A stretch of 64,000 nt of DNA from Candidatus Obscuribacterales bacterium (lineage in GTDB: Bacteria > Cyanobacteriota > Vampirovibrionia > Obscuribacterales > Obscuribacteraceae): assembly GCA_965228855.1 (NCBI GenBank), contig CBDDIJ010000003.1, positions 3,328,001-3,392,000 of the forward strand. The letters are read 5' to 3'. This document shows, one piece after another, positions 47,691 to 57,995 of this stretch (the stretch's first letter is position 1; the number at the start of each line of letters is the position of its first letter). The notes beneath the pieces were generated by a model that saw only the letters and a list, made by a program, of their open reading frames with translations, was not told the origin of the DNA and did no database searches. Made by a program: the position numbers and the translations under genes.

Positions 47691-48607
47691 CTTTTGCCGG
47701 CAGCACTCAATTGCTTGAATCTGGCCACATCACGCATAGGTGGATCGCCAAACAAGCGCTTATACTCGCGCGTAAACTGCGAAGCGTCGTCGTATCCGAC
47801 CCGCAGAGCAGCACTGCTTGCATCGACATCTTCAGACAACAGCAAGCGCCGAGCCTCCTGTAAGCGCAGCAATTTTTGAAATTGCAACGGACTCATTGAG
47901 GTGGCTGTTTTAAAATGTTGATGAAAACTGGATACGCTCATTCCCAGGTCACGAGCCAGATCCTCGATGCTAAGCGCTTCATTGAAACGCGTTCGCAGCG
48001 TTTGTACCGCTTTACCGATCCTATTAGTATGTCCATTGTATGCGGCCATTTGCCGCAAACGAGGACCGTGATCGCTCATCAATAACCTGTATATGATTTC
48101 ACGAATCACCAGAGGCGATACCACGCGGTAGTCACTCGGACAATCCAACAATCGAAACAATCTTACAAACGCATCCAGAAGCTCACCTTCCAGACGTCCC
48201 ACATCGATCGATTTCACACAATCATTTTTCCCGGGCGACACACCAGCTTCAACACTCACAGATGCGATAAGAGTAGGCTCCAGATCCATTTTCAAACCGA
48301 GAAACGGCCTGTCCGGACTAGCTTCGACAATGCGAGTTGAAACTGGGACATCAAATGACGTTAGCAAAAATTGCGACGGATCATAACGGAACAGATGCTC
48401 TCCCATCTGCACTTCTTTGGCGCCTTGAGCAATAATGCATATCGACGGAGAATAGACACCATGATGTGGGTGCACCGGCGGCGTCACATGCTTGAAAAAA
48501 TTCAGCCCGTCGGCGACTTCGTTGGTTCCTTCAAGAACTGCGCGCCTGCTGACAATTTCAACAAGTTCAGTTTTATTGTTATCGTCCCGCAACTTTTGAG
48601 TCGTCAT
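47687..48607 (-). CDS. AraC-family regulator (YqhC-like, AraC_N plus HTH)
   Basis: PSICIIAQGAKEV, MSVSSFHQHFK..T.MSPLQFQK.LRLQEAR and VGYDDASQFTREYKRLFG. Confidence 0.93.
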   Translation of the reverse strand: MTTQKLRDDNNKTELVEIVSRRAVLEGTNEVADGLNFFKHVTPPVHPHHGVYSPSICIIAQGAKEVQMGEHLFRYDPSQFLLTSFDVPVSTRIVEASPDRPFLGLKMDLEPTLIASVSVEAGVSPGKNDCVKSIDVGRLEGELLDAFVRLFRLLDCPSDYRVVSPLVIREIIYRLLMSDHGPRLRQMAAYNGHTNRIGKAVQTLRTRFNEALSIEDLARDLGMSVSSFHQHFKTATSMSPLQFQKLLRLQEARRLLLSEDVDASSAALRVGYDDASQFTREYKRLFGDPPMRDVARFKQLSAAGKS

Positions 48608-48843
48608 AAAATTCAATCCAATTCCGTACCTTCTTAGAGCGTATCGCACGTTTCAGCCACTATCAATCTATTCCAGTCACTTTTGGAGGAATGTCCAATG
48701 ATTCTGGAATTTTGTTATAGCCCAGGGCAACAAACCCAGCATATCATTGAAAGGTCGGTTGCGGCTGTTGCATTTTTAGCCAAGCAACCTATTCAATATA
48801 ATGCGTACCGCATTCATGCGATAAACCAACTTTCCGCGTCTAA

Positions 48844-49919
<1,076 letters not shown>

Positions 49920-49948
49920 TCATCAGAAATAGAATCAGGAGCAAACAA

Positions 49949-51010
49949 ATGTTAAAAACAGGAATCAAAACAAAAGCTTACGCGGCTTTCAGCACCGAAG
50001 GCGATACCAAGCCACTAGAGATTGTGAGACGAGAACCTGGTCCGACCGACGTTCTTATCGATATCAAGTTTTGCGGTATATGCCACTCGGACATTCACAT
50101 GGCAAAAGGCGAGTGGGGACAAACAGTCTACCCCGTCGTTCCCGGTCATGAAATTGCCGGTATCGTGAATAGCGTCGGCGATAAAGTAACGAAATTCAAA
50201 GTCGGCGATCACGTCGGTGTCGGCTGCATGGTCGATTCATGCGGCGAGTGCGATGCCTGCGCCGAGGGTGAGGAGCAGTACTGCAGCAAAATGGTTCTAA
50301 CCTACGGAGTCCTCGAACGTGATGGAAAAACAATGACATACGGCGGATACTCAGAACGAGTTACGGTCGATGAGCGATTCGTAGTCCGCATTCCTGACGA
50401 GCTACCTCTGGACAGAGCTGCGCCATTGCTTTGCGCAGGCATCACAACATACTCGCCGCTTACTCATTGGAACGCGGGACCTGGCAAAAAGGTGGCGGTA
50501 GTAGGAGTCGGCGGTCTGGGTCATATGGGTATCAAGCTCGCGGCGGCTCTCGGCGCGGATGTGACTTCCATCAGTCGCTCAGACAGCAAGAAAGCCGATG
50601 CACAAAAGATGGGAGCGACAAACCACATCGCCACATCAGACAAAGCAGCGTGTGAAGCCGCGGCAGAACAATTCGATCTGATCATCAATACCGTTTCGTC
50701 AGCTGCGGATATGAATCTCTATCTCGGCATGTTGAAGCGCGATGGTGTAATGGTGCTTGTAGGTGCTCCCCCGGACACCCTGCCCGTCCATCCATTCGCG
50801 TTGATACCGAGACGTAAATCGCTTGCCGGCTCCACCATCGGTGGCATTCGCGAAACTCAAGAGATGCTCGACTTCTGTGCCAAACATAACATTGGTTCAG
50901 ACATCGAACTCATCACCATCGACCAGGTCAATAAAGCCTACGAACGCATCGAGAAAAGCGATGTTCGTTATCGCTTCGTGATCGACATGTCGTCTCTTAG
51001 CGGCAAGTAG
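49949..51010 (+). CDS. Zn-dependent NAD(P) alcohol/aldehyde dehydrogenase (cinnamyl-ADH family)
   Basis: CGICHSD, GHE, CGECDAC..GEEQYC, APLLCAGITTYSPL, GVGGLGH and DVRYRFVID. Confidence 0.95.
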   Translation: MLKTGIKTKAYAAFSTEGDTKPLEIVRREPGPTDVLIDIKFCGICHSDIHMAKGEWGQTVYPVVPGHEIAGIVNSVGDKVTKFKVGDHVGVGCMVDSCGECDACAEGEEQYCSKMVLTYGVLERDGKTMTYGGYSERVTVDERFVVRIPDELPLDRAAPLLCAGITTYSPLTHWNAGPGKKVAVVGVGGLGHMGIKLAAALGADVTSISRSDSKKADAQKMGATNHIATSDKAACEAAAEQFDLIINTVSSAADMNLYLGMLKRDGVMVLVGAPPDTLPVHPFALIPRRKSLAGSTIGGIRETQEMLDFCAKHNIGSDIELITIDQVNKAYERIEKSDVRYRFVIDMSSLSGK

Positions 51011-51081
51011 TTCGTAAACGTTCATCGAACGATAAAAACGCAGATCTAGTTCATCACTGACAAACCAGGAGAAGCGACAGT

Positions 51082-52152
51082 CTATCGTATTGCAGCTCTG
51101 ATCCCGTACTGGGCAGCCCGCATCAATAACGATTTGCCCTGTCGCTTCACTTGTGTTTTAACAGGATGAGCAGCCGGATCATTGCCAATAGCTTTGCCCT
51201 CTCCTCGTTGTTTCGTTGTCTGACCGTTACTGGCGACAAGTTCTTCCTCATTCTTGTCATACATCGGCCGGCCATAATCGCTATAGGCTTTCACATCGAA
51301 GTCTTTGTATTGAACAAACGGACGAGAAGCCATTCTCTGATGCATAATCACATCACATGTTTTCACCGCATGTGGTGGCAGGTCCATTTTGACAGGATCG
51401 AAAGTTCTCGGATTGATGACTGTTCTGTTAAACACATCGGACGTCAGAAAGCGTTTCTTCTTTTCATACGCAACATCAAAATGCTGCATTTCGCTGCGTT
51501 TACGCTCCGCCGCCGTATGCTGGCTCAGATGCTGCTTCTGCATCTCACTGAACTTCGCGTTTTTCTCGTCGCGGCTCAGAGCCGGATCGACCCAGACAGC
51601 ATTGAGAGTCTTGGCGAATTCCAGTTCGCTAGCCAGATCCTTAGAATTCCAATAGCCCGGCAGACAGGTCAAGACTGTACCGTCCGACGCCATAACGAAC
51701 ATTTGAATATTATGCGGACCGGCTCCGTTTGTCGTGTCGACGGCCTGTCCATTGGGACTGTGTTTACGCGAACTTCCGGCATATCCCTTGTTCTCGATAT
51801 CCTTATAGCCGCATACAAATTCGTTCTTAAGCAGACTAAAAACTGGATCTTGCGAGAGCGACACGGCTCTCAAGCTGTTCCCGGCGCTTCAAGTAAAACC
51901 ATCGAGCTTTCCGACCATATGCACCCAGAGTATCAGCTTGTCTTGCGCCGCCGCCTCTTCTTGCAATTTATCAAGGTCTCGGCTCCAGGTGATCTCATTT
52001 GTCAGTCGTCCAACATTCTCCGAACAGATTTGTCCGGAATAGACCGGTGACGCCTGTAATGGCGAATTCATACCGGATGAAACGATACCAGTCGCTAAAG
52101 AAACAGCCAGAAGAGCCGAAAGCAACGGACGAGCGGCAAGTGGATTTCGCAT
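51082..52152 (-). CDS. Putative exported thioredoxin-fold (SelN-like) selenoprotein, 356 aa, in-frame TGA at 51891-51889
   Basis: Track ORFs 51889-52179 and 51082-51873 share a frame and are separated only by TGA plus 5 sense codons: ...MVGKLDGFT-U-SAGNSLRAVSLSQDPVFSLLKNEFV. GGAGA RBS before ATG 52152, signal peptide, SECIS-like hairpin. Confidence 0.78.
51850..51873 (-). promoter_or_regulatory. Candidate bacterial SECIS element
   Basis: mRNA UGA-AGCGCCGGGAACAGC-UUGAGAGC(CGUGUC)GCUCUCGCAA: GAGAGC/GCUCUC stem with GU in the loop, loop about 23 nt after the UGA. Confidence 0.6.
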
Positions 52153-52223
52153 GTTCCATCTCCGAGAGCTAACATGCATTGTACACCGAGATGCTTCGGA
52201 CTGCTGACGCTATTCCAGCCACC

Positions 52224-53723
52224 CTAGCTAATCAGGACAGCAGCCTCCACTTCATCTACCTTCTTATTCACGGCAGCAGCCGCAATGCCGCTTATCATGC
52301 CGTTAAACACAAAATGATGCAGCGGAGAAACAGCCTTCCAGTAAGCCAGACCCAGAAGTCCAGACGGTAGAAATTTTGCGGTTTGAATCAGCTTGCTCCT
52401 GCCAGGCGAAATTTCTTCGATAGTAAACTCCAATACCGCCTCACCAGGCAAAATCATCTCAGCAACGAGGACCAGTGCTTTGTTTTTCTCCACACGCTTC
52501 ACGCGCCAGAAATCGAGAACATCACCGGCAGAGAGTTCACTGGGACTGCGCCGTCCCCGTCTCAAACCTACGCCGCCTATCGCCTTGTCCATGATGCCAC
52601 GCAGGCGCCACAACCAGTTGCCGTAGTAGTAGCCGGTGCTTCCGCCCAGGCGAACGAGTGGATTCCAGATTTGCTCCGGCGTCCTATCCAGCGTCAACTC
52701 CCGCCGATCCATGTAGACCGTGCCACCTGACCACTTCGCATCGGCTTCACTGCTCCAGGCCACTGGCCAGATTTTGCCTGCGTCCGTCCAGTGACTTTCC
52801 ACGAGATAATTTTGCGTTTTGTTCAACGCATTGCGAATCGCGCCGCGGCAGCTTAGAAGGTCCTGTTTGATGATTTCTCTTATGTCATTCTCTCGGCACA
52901 CGGTAGGATTCTTCAAGCCTTCAGCCAGAGGGCGCCCAAGGTAGGCAGGGACGGGCGTGACCAGATGTATCCAGTATGAGCTGAGTGTGGGCGTGAAAAA
53001 CGGAATCGGGATGATCAATCGCGGGCCAAGCCCGGCAACATCGGCGTAAATTTCCATGAGGTCACGGTATCGGAGAATATCCGGGCCACCGATGTCAAAA
53101 GTCCGCCCCCTTGTTTCCGGATGAGTTAAACAACCGGCTAGATAGTTGAGAACGTTTACGATTCCTATAGGCTGCGTTGGCACCGATACCCATTTAGGCG
53201 TGATCATCACAGGAAGCCGCTCCACAAGATAGCGGAGAATTTCAAACGACGCACTGCCGGAGCCGATTATCATCGCAGCTCTGAGAGTAGTAAGAGGAAC
53301 CTTACTCCTCGCGAGAATCTCGCCGACCTCAGCGCGCGATCTTAGATGTTTACTCAGATTTGGTGAGTCCTCACCCAGACCGCCGAGGTAGATTAGTTGG
53401 TCAAGACTGGAATTATCCGCAGCTCTCACCATATTCTCGGCGGCAGTACGGTCATCGTCTGCAAAATTTCTTGACTGGGCGTTCATAGAATGGACAAAAT
53501 AGTAAGCCTTTTTGCACCCTTGCAGGGCCGCCTCGATTGACCCCTGTTCAAGCACATTCGTCTCGACTAGCTCGACATTCGGATGATCGGCCCAGTGGCG
53601 CCCTCGTAATTTGTTGAGGTCACGAGAGGTTGCTCTCACAGTCCAACCTTCGTCCAGAAGCTTTCGAACCAGTCTGGTTCCAACATATCCTGTTGCGCCG
53701 ATCACGGCGACTTTGTCATTCAT
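52224..53723 (-). CDS. YbjT-like NAD(P)-binding SDR with DUF2867 C-terminal domain
   Basis: VIGATGYVG, AYYFVHSM, HLRSRAEVG, IIGSGSASFE, GDVLDFWRV and GLLGLAYW. Confidence 0.9.
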   Translation of the reverse strand: MNDKVAVIGATGYVGTRLVRKLLDEGWTVRATSRDLNKLRGRHWADHPNVELVETNVLEQGSIEAALQGCKKAYYFVHSMNAQSRNFADDDRTAAENMVRAADNSSLDQLIYLGGLGEDSPNLSKHLRSRAEVGEILARSKVPLTTLRAAMIIGSGSASFEILRYLVERLPVMITPKWVSVPTQPIGIVNVLNYLAGCLTHPETRGRTFDIGGPDILRYRDLMEIYADVAGLGPRLIIPIPFFTPTLSSYWIHLVTPVPAYLGRPLAEGLKNPTVCRENDIREIIKQDLLSCRGAIRNALNKTQNYLVESHWTDAGKIWPVAWSSEADAKWSGGTVYMDRRELTLDRTPEQIWNPLVRLGGSTGYYYGNWLWRLRGIMDKAIGGVGLRRGRRSPSELSAGDVLDFWRVKRVEKNKALVLVAEMILPGEAVLEFTIEEISPGRSKLIQTAKFLPSGLLGLAYWKAVSPLHHFVFNGMISGIAAAAVNKKVDEVEAAVLIS

Positions 53724-53935
53724 TGTCACCACTCCAGCCGACTTCTCTATTACCACATTACATCCTCGACGTGAGCAAGAGGTGAACTACCGGAGCCGTT
53801 AGCAAACTTTCTACAAACCGCAAGTAAGTAAACGAATCTGCGCTCGAAACCGGCAAACAGTTTTCAAACTGTTTGGACCCTCGCAACCGTCACGACCAGA
53901 GCAATATACTGTCCGAGTAAACTTGGTAACGAGTC

Positions 53936-54961
53936 ATGTCAGACACGCTAAAAGTGACGCTTTCTGCGTCGATAGCTACTAGTTTCTTAATCTCGACGAT
54001 CAGCCCCGCGTACTGTGCCAGGGCAGCTGCCGGTGACGATGCACCACCTGTGGTGAGACGCGAGAAAATCAAATTTGGTCGTACGCGGCACACGATGGTA
54101 CTCGACGGTTTGTTCCGAGCTTATTACCTTCACATTCCCAAAGGTTTTTCCAGAGAAAAACGATTGCCACTCGTTCTTGTTTTGCATGGCGGGCTCGGCG
54201 ACGCTCGTTCAGCAGAATGGGACAGCGTGATGTCCAAACAAGCTGACAAAGAAAACTTTGTGGTCGCATATCCCAATGGGCATCTGCGCACATGGAACGC
54301 TGGCGAGTGCTGCGGCATTTCTCGCGTTCAAAATGTCAACGACGTCAATTTCGTTCGCACCTTGATTAAGAAACTGCAGACTGACCTCAACATCGATCCG
54401 GATCGCGTGTACGTCGCGGGTCTCTCAAACGGTGGCATGATGGCTTATCGTCTGGCCAGCGAACTATCAAACTTGATAGCGGCAGTGGCGCCGGTTGAAG
54501 GATGCATGTACGAGCAATCGCCAGAGTTCAGAGGACCAGTGAGCATTATCGCCTTTCACGGATTGGCTGATACTGTCGTCAAATACGCTGGCGGCACCGG
54601 TCGGGTCGGTACCTATCAACTGACAGCGACGCCCGTTATACCGACAATCGAATACTGGACGAAACGCAATCAGTGCGATGCCAAGCCGGTTCGTGAAGAA
54701 GATGAAAACCTGATTAAGGAGCTGTATCGCAACGGGAAGAATGGAACTGAGGTCTGTTTATACACGATAAAGGACGGCGGCCACGCATGGCCAGGCGGTC
54801 GGCGCGCGTCATTTTTATTCGACAAGCCCAGCAAATACGTTTCCGCGACAGAGGTGATGTGTCAATTTTTCTGGGCTCATCCACGCAGAATGCCCATGCC
54901 GGACACGGCATTTACGTTGCGTCGCGATAATCAACAATCGAGTGAAACTGGTCTACAATAG
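53936..54961 (+). CDS. Exported PHB-depolymerase/LpqP-family esterase
   Basis: PLVLVLHGG, VVAYPNG..WNAGECCG, GLSNGGMM, FHG..D and GGHAWPGG. Confidence 0.88.
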   Translation: MSDTLKVTLSASIATSFLISTISPAYCARAAAGDDAPPVVRREKIKFGRTRHTMVLDGLFRAYYLHIPKGFSREKRLPLVLVLHGGLGDARSAEWDSVMSKQADKENFVVAYPNGHLRTWNAGECCGISRVQNVNDVNFVRTLIKKLQTDLNIDPDRVYVAGLSNGGMMAYRLASELSNLIAAVAPVEGCMYEQSPEFRGPVSIIAFHGLADTVVKYAGGTGRVGTYQLTATPVIPTIEYWTKRNQCDAKPVREEDENLIKELYRNGKNGTEVCLYTIKDGGHAWPGGRRASFLFDKPSKYVSATEVMCQFFWAHPRRMPMPDTAFTLRRDNQQSSETGLQ

Positions 54962-55112
54962 TTCCAACCGGTACGATTTCCTTCGCTCCCTCCGGGTGGT
55001 CATCGGTGCGATCGCCTTCGCACGTTCCGGCTCTAGATGCTCCGGTAGTTTCTTCGCTCTCTGCGCGTCGCAATAACTCCACCAGAGCGATTCCTCTCCC
55101 TCTCCCGCCCGA

Positions 55113-55553
55113 ATGACCAACGAATCCGCAGAACTAGACAAAACAGCTCCGTGCTCAATCGCCGCTGACGATAGAGACTTCCTCACGCAATTCGACGAAT
55201 GCACTCTGGGCAAAACGTGCTGGTCGCACGAAGCTCACATACGAATGGCGTGGCTGCGCATGGAACAGTTTAAGACCTACGAAGAAGCACTGGAGCGCAT
55301 CAGAACCGGGATTCAAGCCTATAATTCGTCGGTCCAGAGCGTAGGCTACCATGAAACAATCACCGTCGCATTTGCACGACTAATCTATGCAAAACGAGCC
55401 GAAACCCGTGCCGGGACCTGGCAGGAGTTTCTGCAACATCACCCGAATTTATTGCAAAAGCGCTGTTTACTCGAATTCTACAGCAAGGAAATTCTGGCGA
55501 GTGAAAAGGCTCGACACGAGTTTGTAAAACCGGATAAGAAGCCGCTCCCGTGA
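55113..55553 (+). CDS. Conserved hypothetical protein
   Basis: W.HEAHIRMAW, GYHETIT and FYS..L.S..AR..FV.PD motifs. Confidence 0.7.
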   Translation: MTNESAELDKTAPCSIAADDRDFLTQFDECTLGKTCWSHEAHIRMAWLRMEQFKTYEEALERIRTGIQAYNSSVQSVGYHETITVAFARLIYAKRAETRAGTWQEFLQHHPNLLQKRCLLEFYSKEILASEKARHEFVKPDKKPLP

Positions 55554-55770
55554 GCTAATCAACAAATCTTAGCCTGGTTGTTATTAATGCAGAAGCCTCA
55601 GCAATTCGGAGTTTCAGAACTTCAAAGAAGCTGAGTCCAGGCGGGTTTCGGATAATCACTCGATCGAGTGATTGCTAACTTCCACGACCTCGTTCGTAAT
55701 GAAATAAGGCACCCCTACTTATTTTTGAAAAAACAGCTTGCCGGGACGACTTCATTCCGGGGAGGTTACT

Positions 55771-56304
55771 ATGAACGCATTACGTGATTTGGTTTCGCAG
55801 TTTCTGACGCGCGTCGGCCGAATATGCACCCAAACAAAACAACAGAATAAACCTAGACAGGTAGTTACCTGTGACGAGAAGGTCGCGCAGGTCCAGGAGG
55901 CGATTCAGAATGGTGAGGAGGTCCGGAAGGTAACCGACATCAAAACCGGCAGAGCAACTCTGAGGAAAACCTTACACGACATGCCAGTTGCGACGTCGCA
56001 CAAAAACAATTTCGGCAAAGAACGACACTGGTTCGACAAAGCGGAGTATGACCCCAGATATAGTGGCAAGCCGTCAAACACCATGAACCGCCTGGAGGCA
56101 TTCCTATCGAATACAGATCCCGACCAACTCAAAGCACTTGATCCGCAATGGATTCAAGGACTGGTTGGTGCGCCGGACGACAGACCACAACCGAAGCAGG
56201 AACCGGTAGACTTGCCAAAGATTAAGAGAGCTCCAGTAGACGAAGTTAGACCGGCTGAATCTGCGAACTGGCATGAGGGTGCGCTATCGGAATCAATCTC
56301 CTGA
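55771..56304 (+). CDS. Hypothetical protein
   Basis: GGGGAGG RBS before ATG 55771. Confidence 0.6.
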   Translation: MNALRDLVSQFLTRVGRICTQTKQQNKPRQVVTCDEKVAQVQEAIQNGEEVRKVTDIKTGRATLRKTLHDMPVATSHKNNFGKERHWFDKAEYDPRYSGKPSNTMNRLEAFLSNTDPDQLKALDPQWIQGLVGAPDDRPQPKQEPVDLPKIKRAPVDEVRPAESANWHEGALSESIS

Positions 56305-57024
56305 CGAAACAGCAAGCCAGTTTTTCATCAGCCTCTGCGGCCAGAAATGTTGAGGCAGTACCATTGCGGCCTCGGTTTCCTTCGCGTTTGAAACGATCGG
56401 AAATCTTCGCTTGGTCAGAAGACCACCAGGCAAGTGGCTGGGCTGGATCAAAATGGTGGAGTAGAAAACCGAGCGCCCGTCGCAAAGCATGCGAGGCATT
56501 TCGAGTTTCAAAATTCGTTCGAAGTCTTTTCTAATAGTCCGCATAAAGATACCAAATTCGGTATCATCGTCGACCGTATTCTTTGAGCTCGATAATCCCT
56601 GTGCAATCTTTTCAAGCGTTCCAGGATTTCCATCATAGATAGGGTCAGGACTATATATGATTGCGGCCGGCAGAGTGTGCTCGTTGTTTGGTCGGCTAAG
56701 AAGCGGATTCGCTTCAACCAATTGTCCCCAGCAGACATCACCGTGTTCATACAATTTAGCCTGGTCTTTGATGATGCTGAGCAAAACGTCATCACGCCGG
56801 CGGAGCAATTCCTGGAACTCTAGTCCAAGCGAAATTCGAAAAGCGTGTCGATCGCTTTCAAGCAGCGGAATTCTATAAGCGGCGCGACACTCAGCGAGGA
56901 GTTCTCCCCACTGCTCATCCGAAATCTCAGCTTCGCGGCGTTCGGCTTCTCGCGCAGCCTGCTCCAAAACCTCCGGCGAAGGCTTTTCTGTATTCTTGGT
57001 GTGCTTTTTGTAGAACTCTTGCAT
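56293..57024 (-). CDS. Hypothetical protein
   Basis: Likely start MQEFYKK at 57024. Globular-looking C-part (GDVCWGQLVEAN..L, HLPGG.L). Confidence 0.6.
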   Translation of the reverse strand: MQEFYKKHTKNTEKPSPEVLEQAAREAERREAEISDEQWGELLAECRAAYRIPLLESDRHAFRISLGLEFQELLRRRDDVLLSIIKDQAKLYEHGDVCWGQLVEANPLLSRPNNEHTLPAAIIYSPDPIYDGNPGTLEKIAQGLSSSKNTVDDDTEFGIFMRTIRKDFERILKLEMPRMLCDGRSVFYSTILIQPSHLPGGLLTKRRFPIVSNAKETEAAMVLPQHFWPQRLMKNWLAVSSGD

Positions 57025-57200
57025 GTCAACGCATCCGTTTTTCACACGCCTTTGAACAACGATACACCAATTCATTGAAGAATTGGAATCCACTGCTTGA
57101 CAATAGAGAAACTTGGATGTCACAGTTCGGTGACATTGATATTCAATAATTGTCGTACGTAACAAACGCCCTTTGTCGACTGAGCTTACCAGGTAGAAAA

Positions 57201-57857
57201 ATGCTAAAACCATCCATTTACACGTTGTCCGTGGTCGCTTTGGCTGCTCTGATTTATGGCGAGCCGGCATTTGCCCAGGCTGCTTCGCAAGCCCGCACAG
57301 GCACTTTCGGTAACACCTCCACCACCACCAATAATTTTCGCCGTGCCAACGCACAATTCACCCGAAATCAGCGGCTGCCGCAGGTGCGCCCAACCGGTCT
57401 GGGTGGTCTGGCGCAGATACATGGACGAACCGGCCGCAACGGACTGCCCGTCACAAGCCTCGACAGTTTTGTTCTTAACGCAGGCGGAGCCGCCGATCAA
57501 ATCTACGGCGACGAAGGCACCGAAGGTCCGCCACCTTTCGAGGAATTCACAGCAGGTCATCGGATTCAAGCAGGGATACAGGGCAACGCGAGCGGTTTAA
57601 CGACCGGGCATGGAAGCTATCTGCCATGCGCATGGGGCGGCGATGAATTCGTCGATGGTCCGGAATTTAGCCAATCGGCTCCGCGCGGCGGCAACAATTA
57701 TTGGGCAAACCAACCGCAAACCGGCGCGAATCCCGGCACACAGAATACAGACACGCAGAACAACGACTCTGACAACTATCGAGATTACGTCGCTCCAGAC
57801 CAATATTATATGTCTGACACCGATAACTCTCTTTACCAGCAGGTCTACGGTCAATAG
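57201..57857 (+). CDS. Hypothetical secreted protein
   Basis: Signal peptide (PAFA-Q), IYGDEG..GPPP and LTTGHGS motifs. Confidence 0.65.
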   Translation: MLKPSIYTLSVVALAALIYGEPAFAQAASQARTGTFGNTSTTTNNFRRANAQFTRNQRLPQVRPTGLGGLAQIHGRTGRNGLPVTSLDSFVLNAGGAADQIYGDEGTEGPPPFEEFTAGHRIQAGIQGNASGLTTGHGSYLPCAWGGDEFVDGPEFSQSAPRGGNNYWANQPQTGANPGTQNTDTQNNDSDNYRDYVAPDQYYMSDTDNSLYQQVYGQ

Positions 57858-57995
57858 CGGCGACACGACGAGCAAACGAACTTACAGGCTCTCTTTGGAA
57901 TCAAAAGCACAAACCGGCTCGCCGTCGCTAGAGGAAGAGTGCGAAATGCGATACCGGTTTGTGTTTGCTAGCCTCGATCAGGCGAATGTCCTGAC

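Noticed and set aside
51151..52050. 299-aa plus-strand ORF
   Set aside because: It is antisense to the selenoprotein candidate and has no recognisable motifs.
57905..57966. Long hairpin GCACAAACCGG...CCGGTTTGTGT considered as an ncRNA
   Set aside because: It lies between convergent genes and is most simply a terminator or 3'-end structure.
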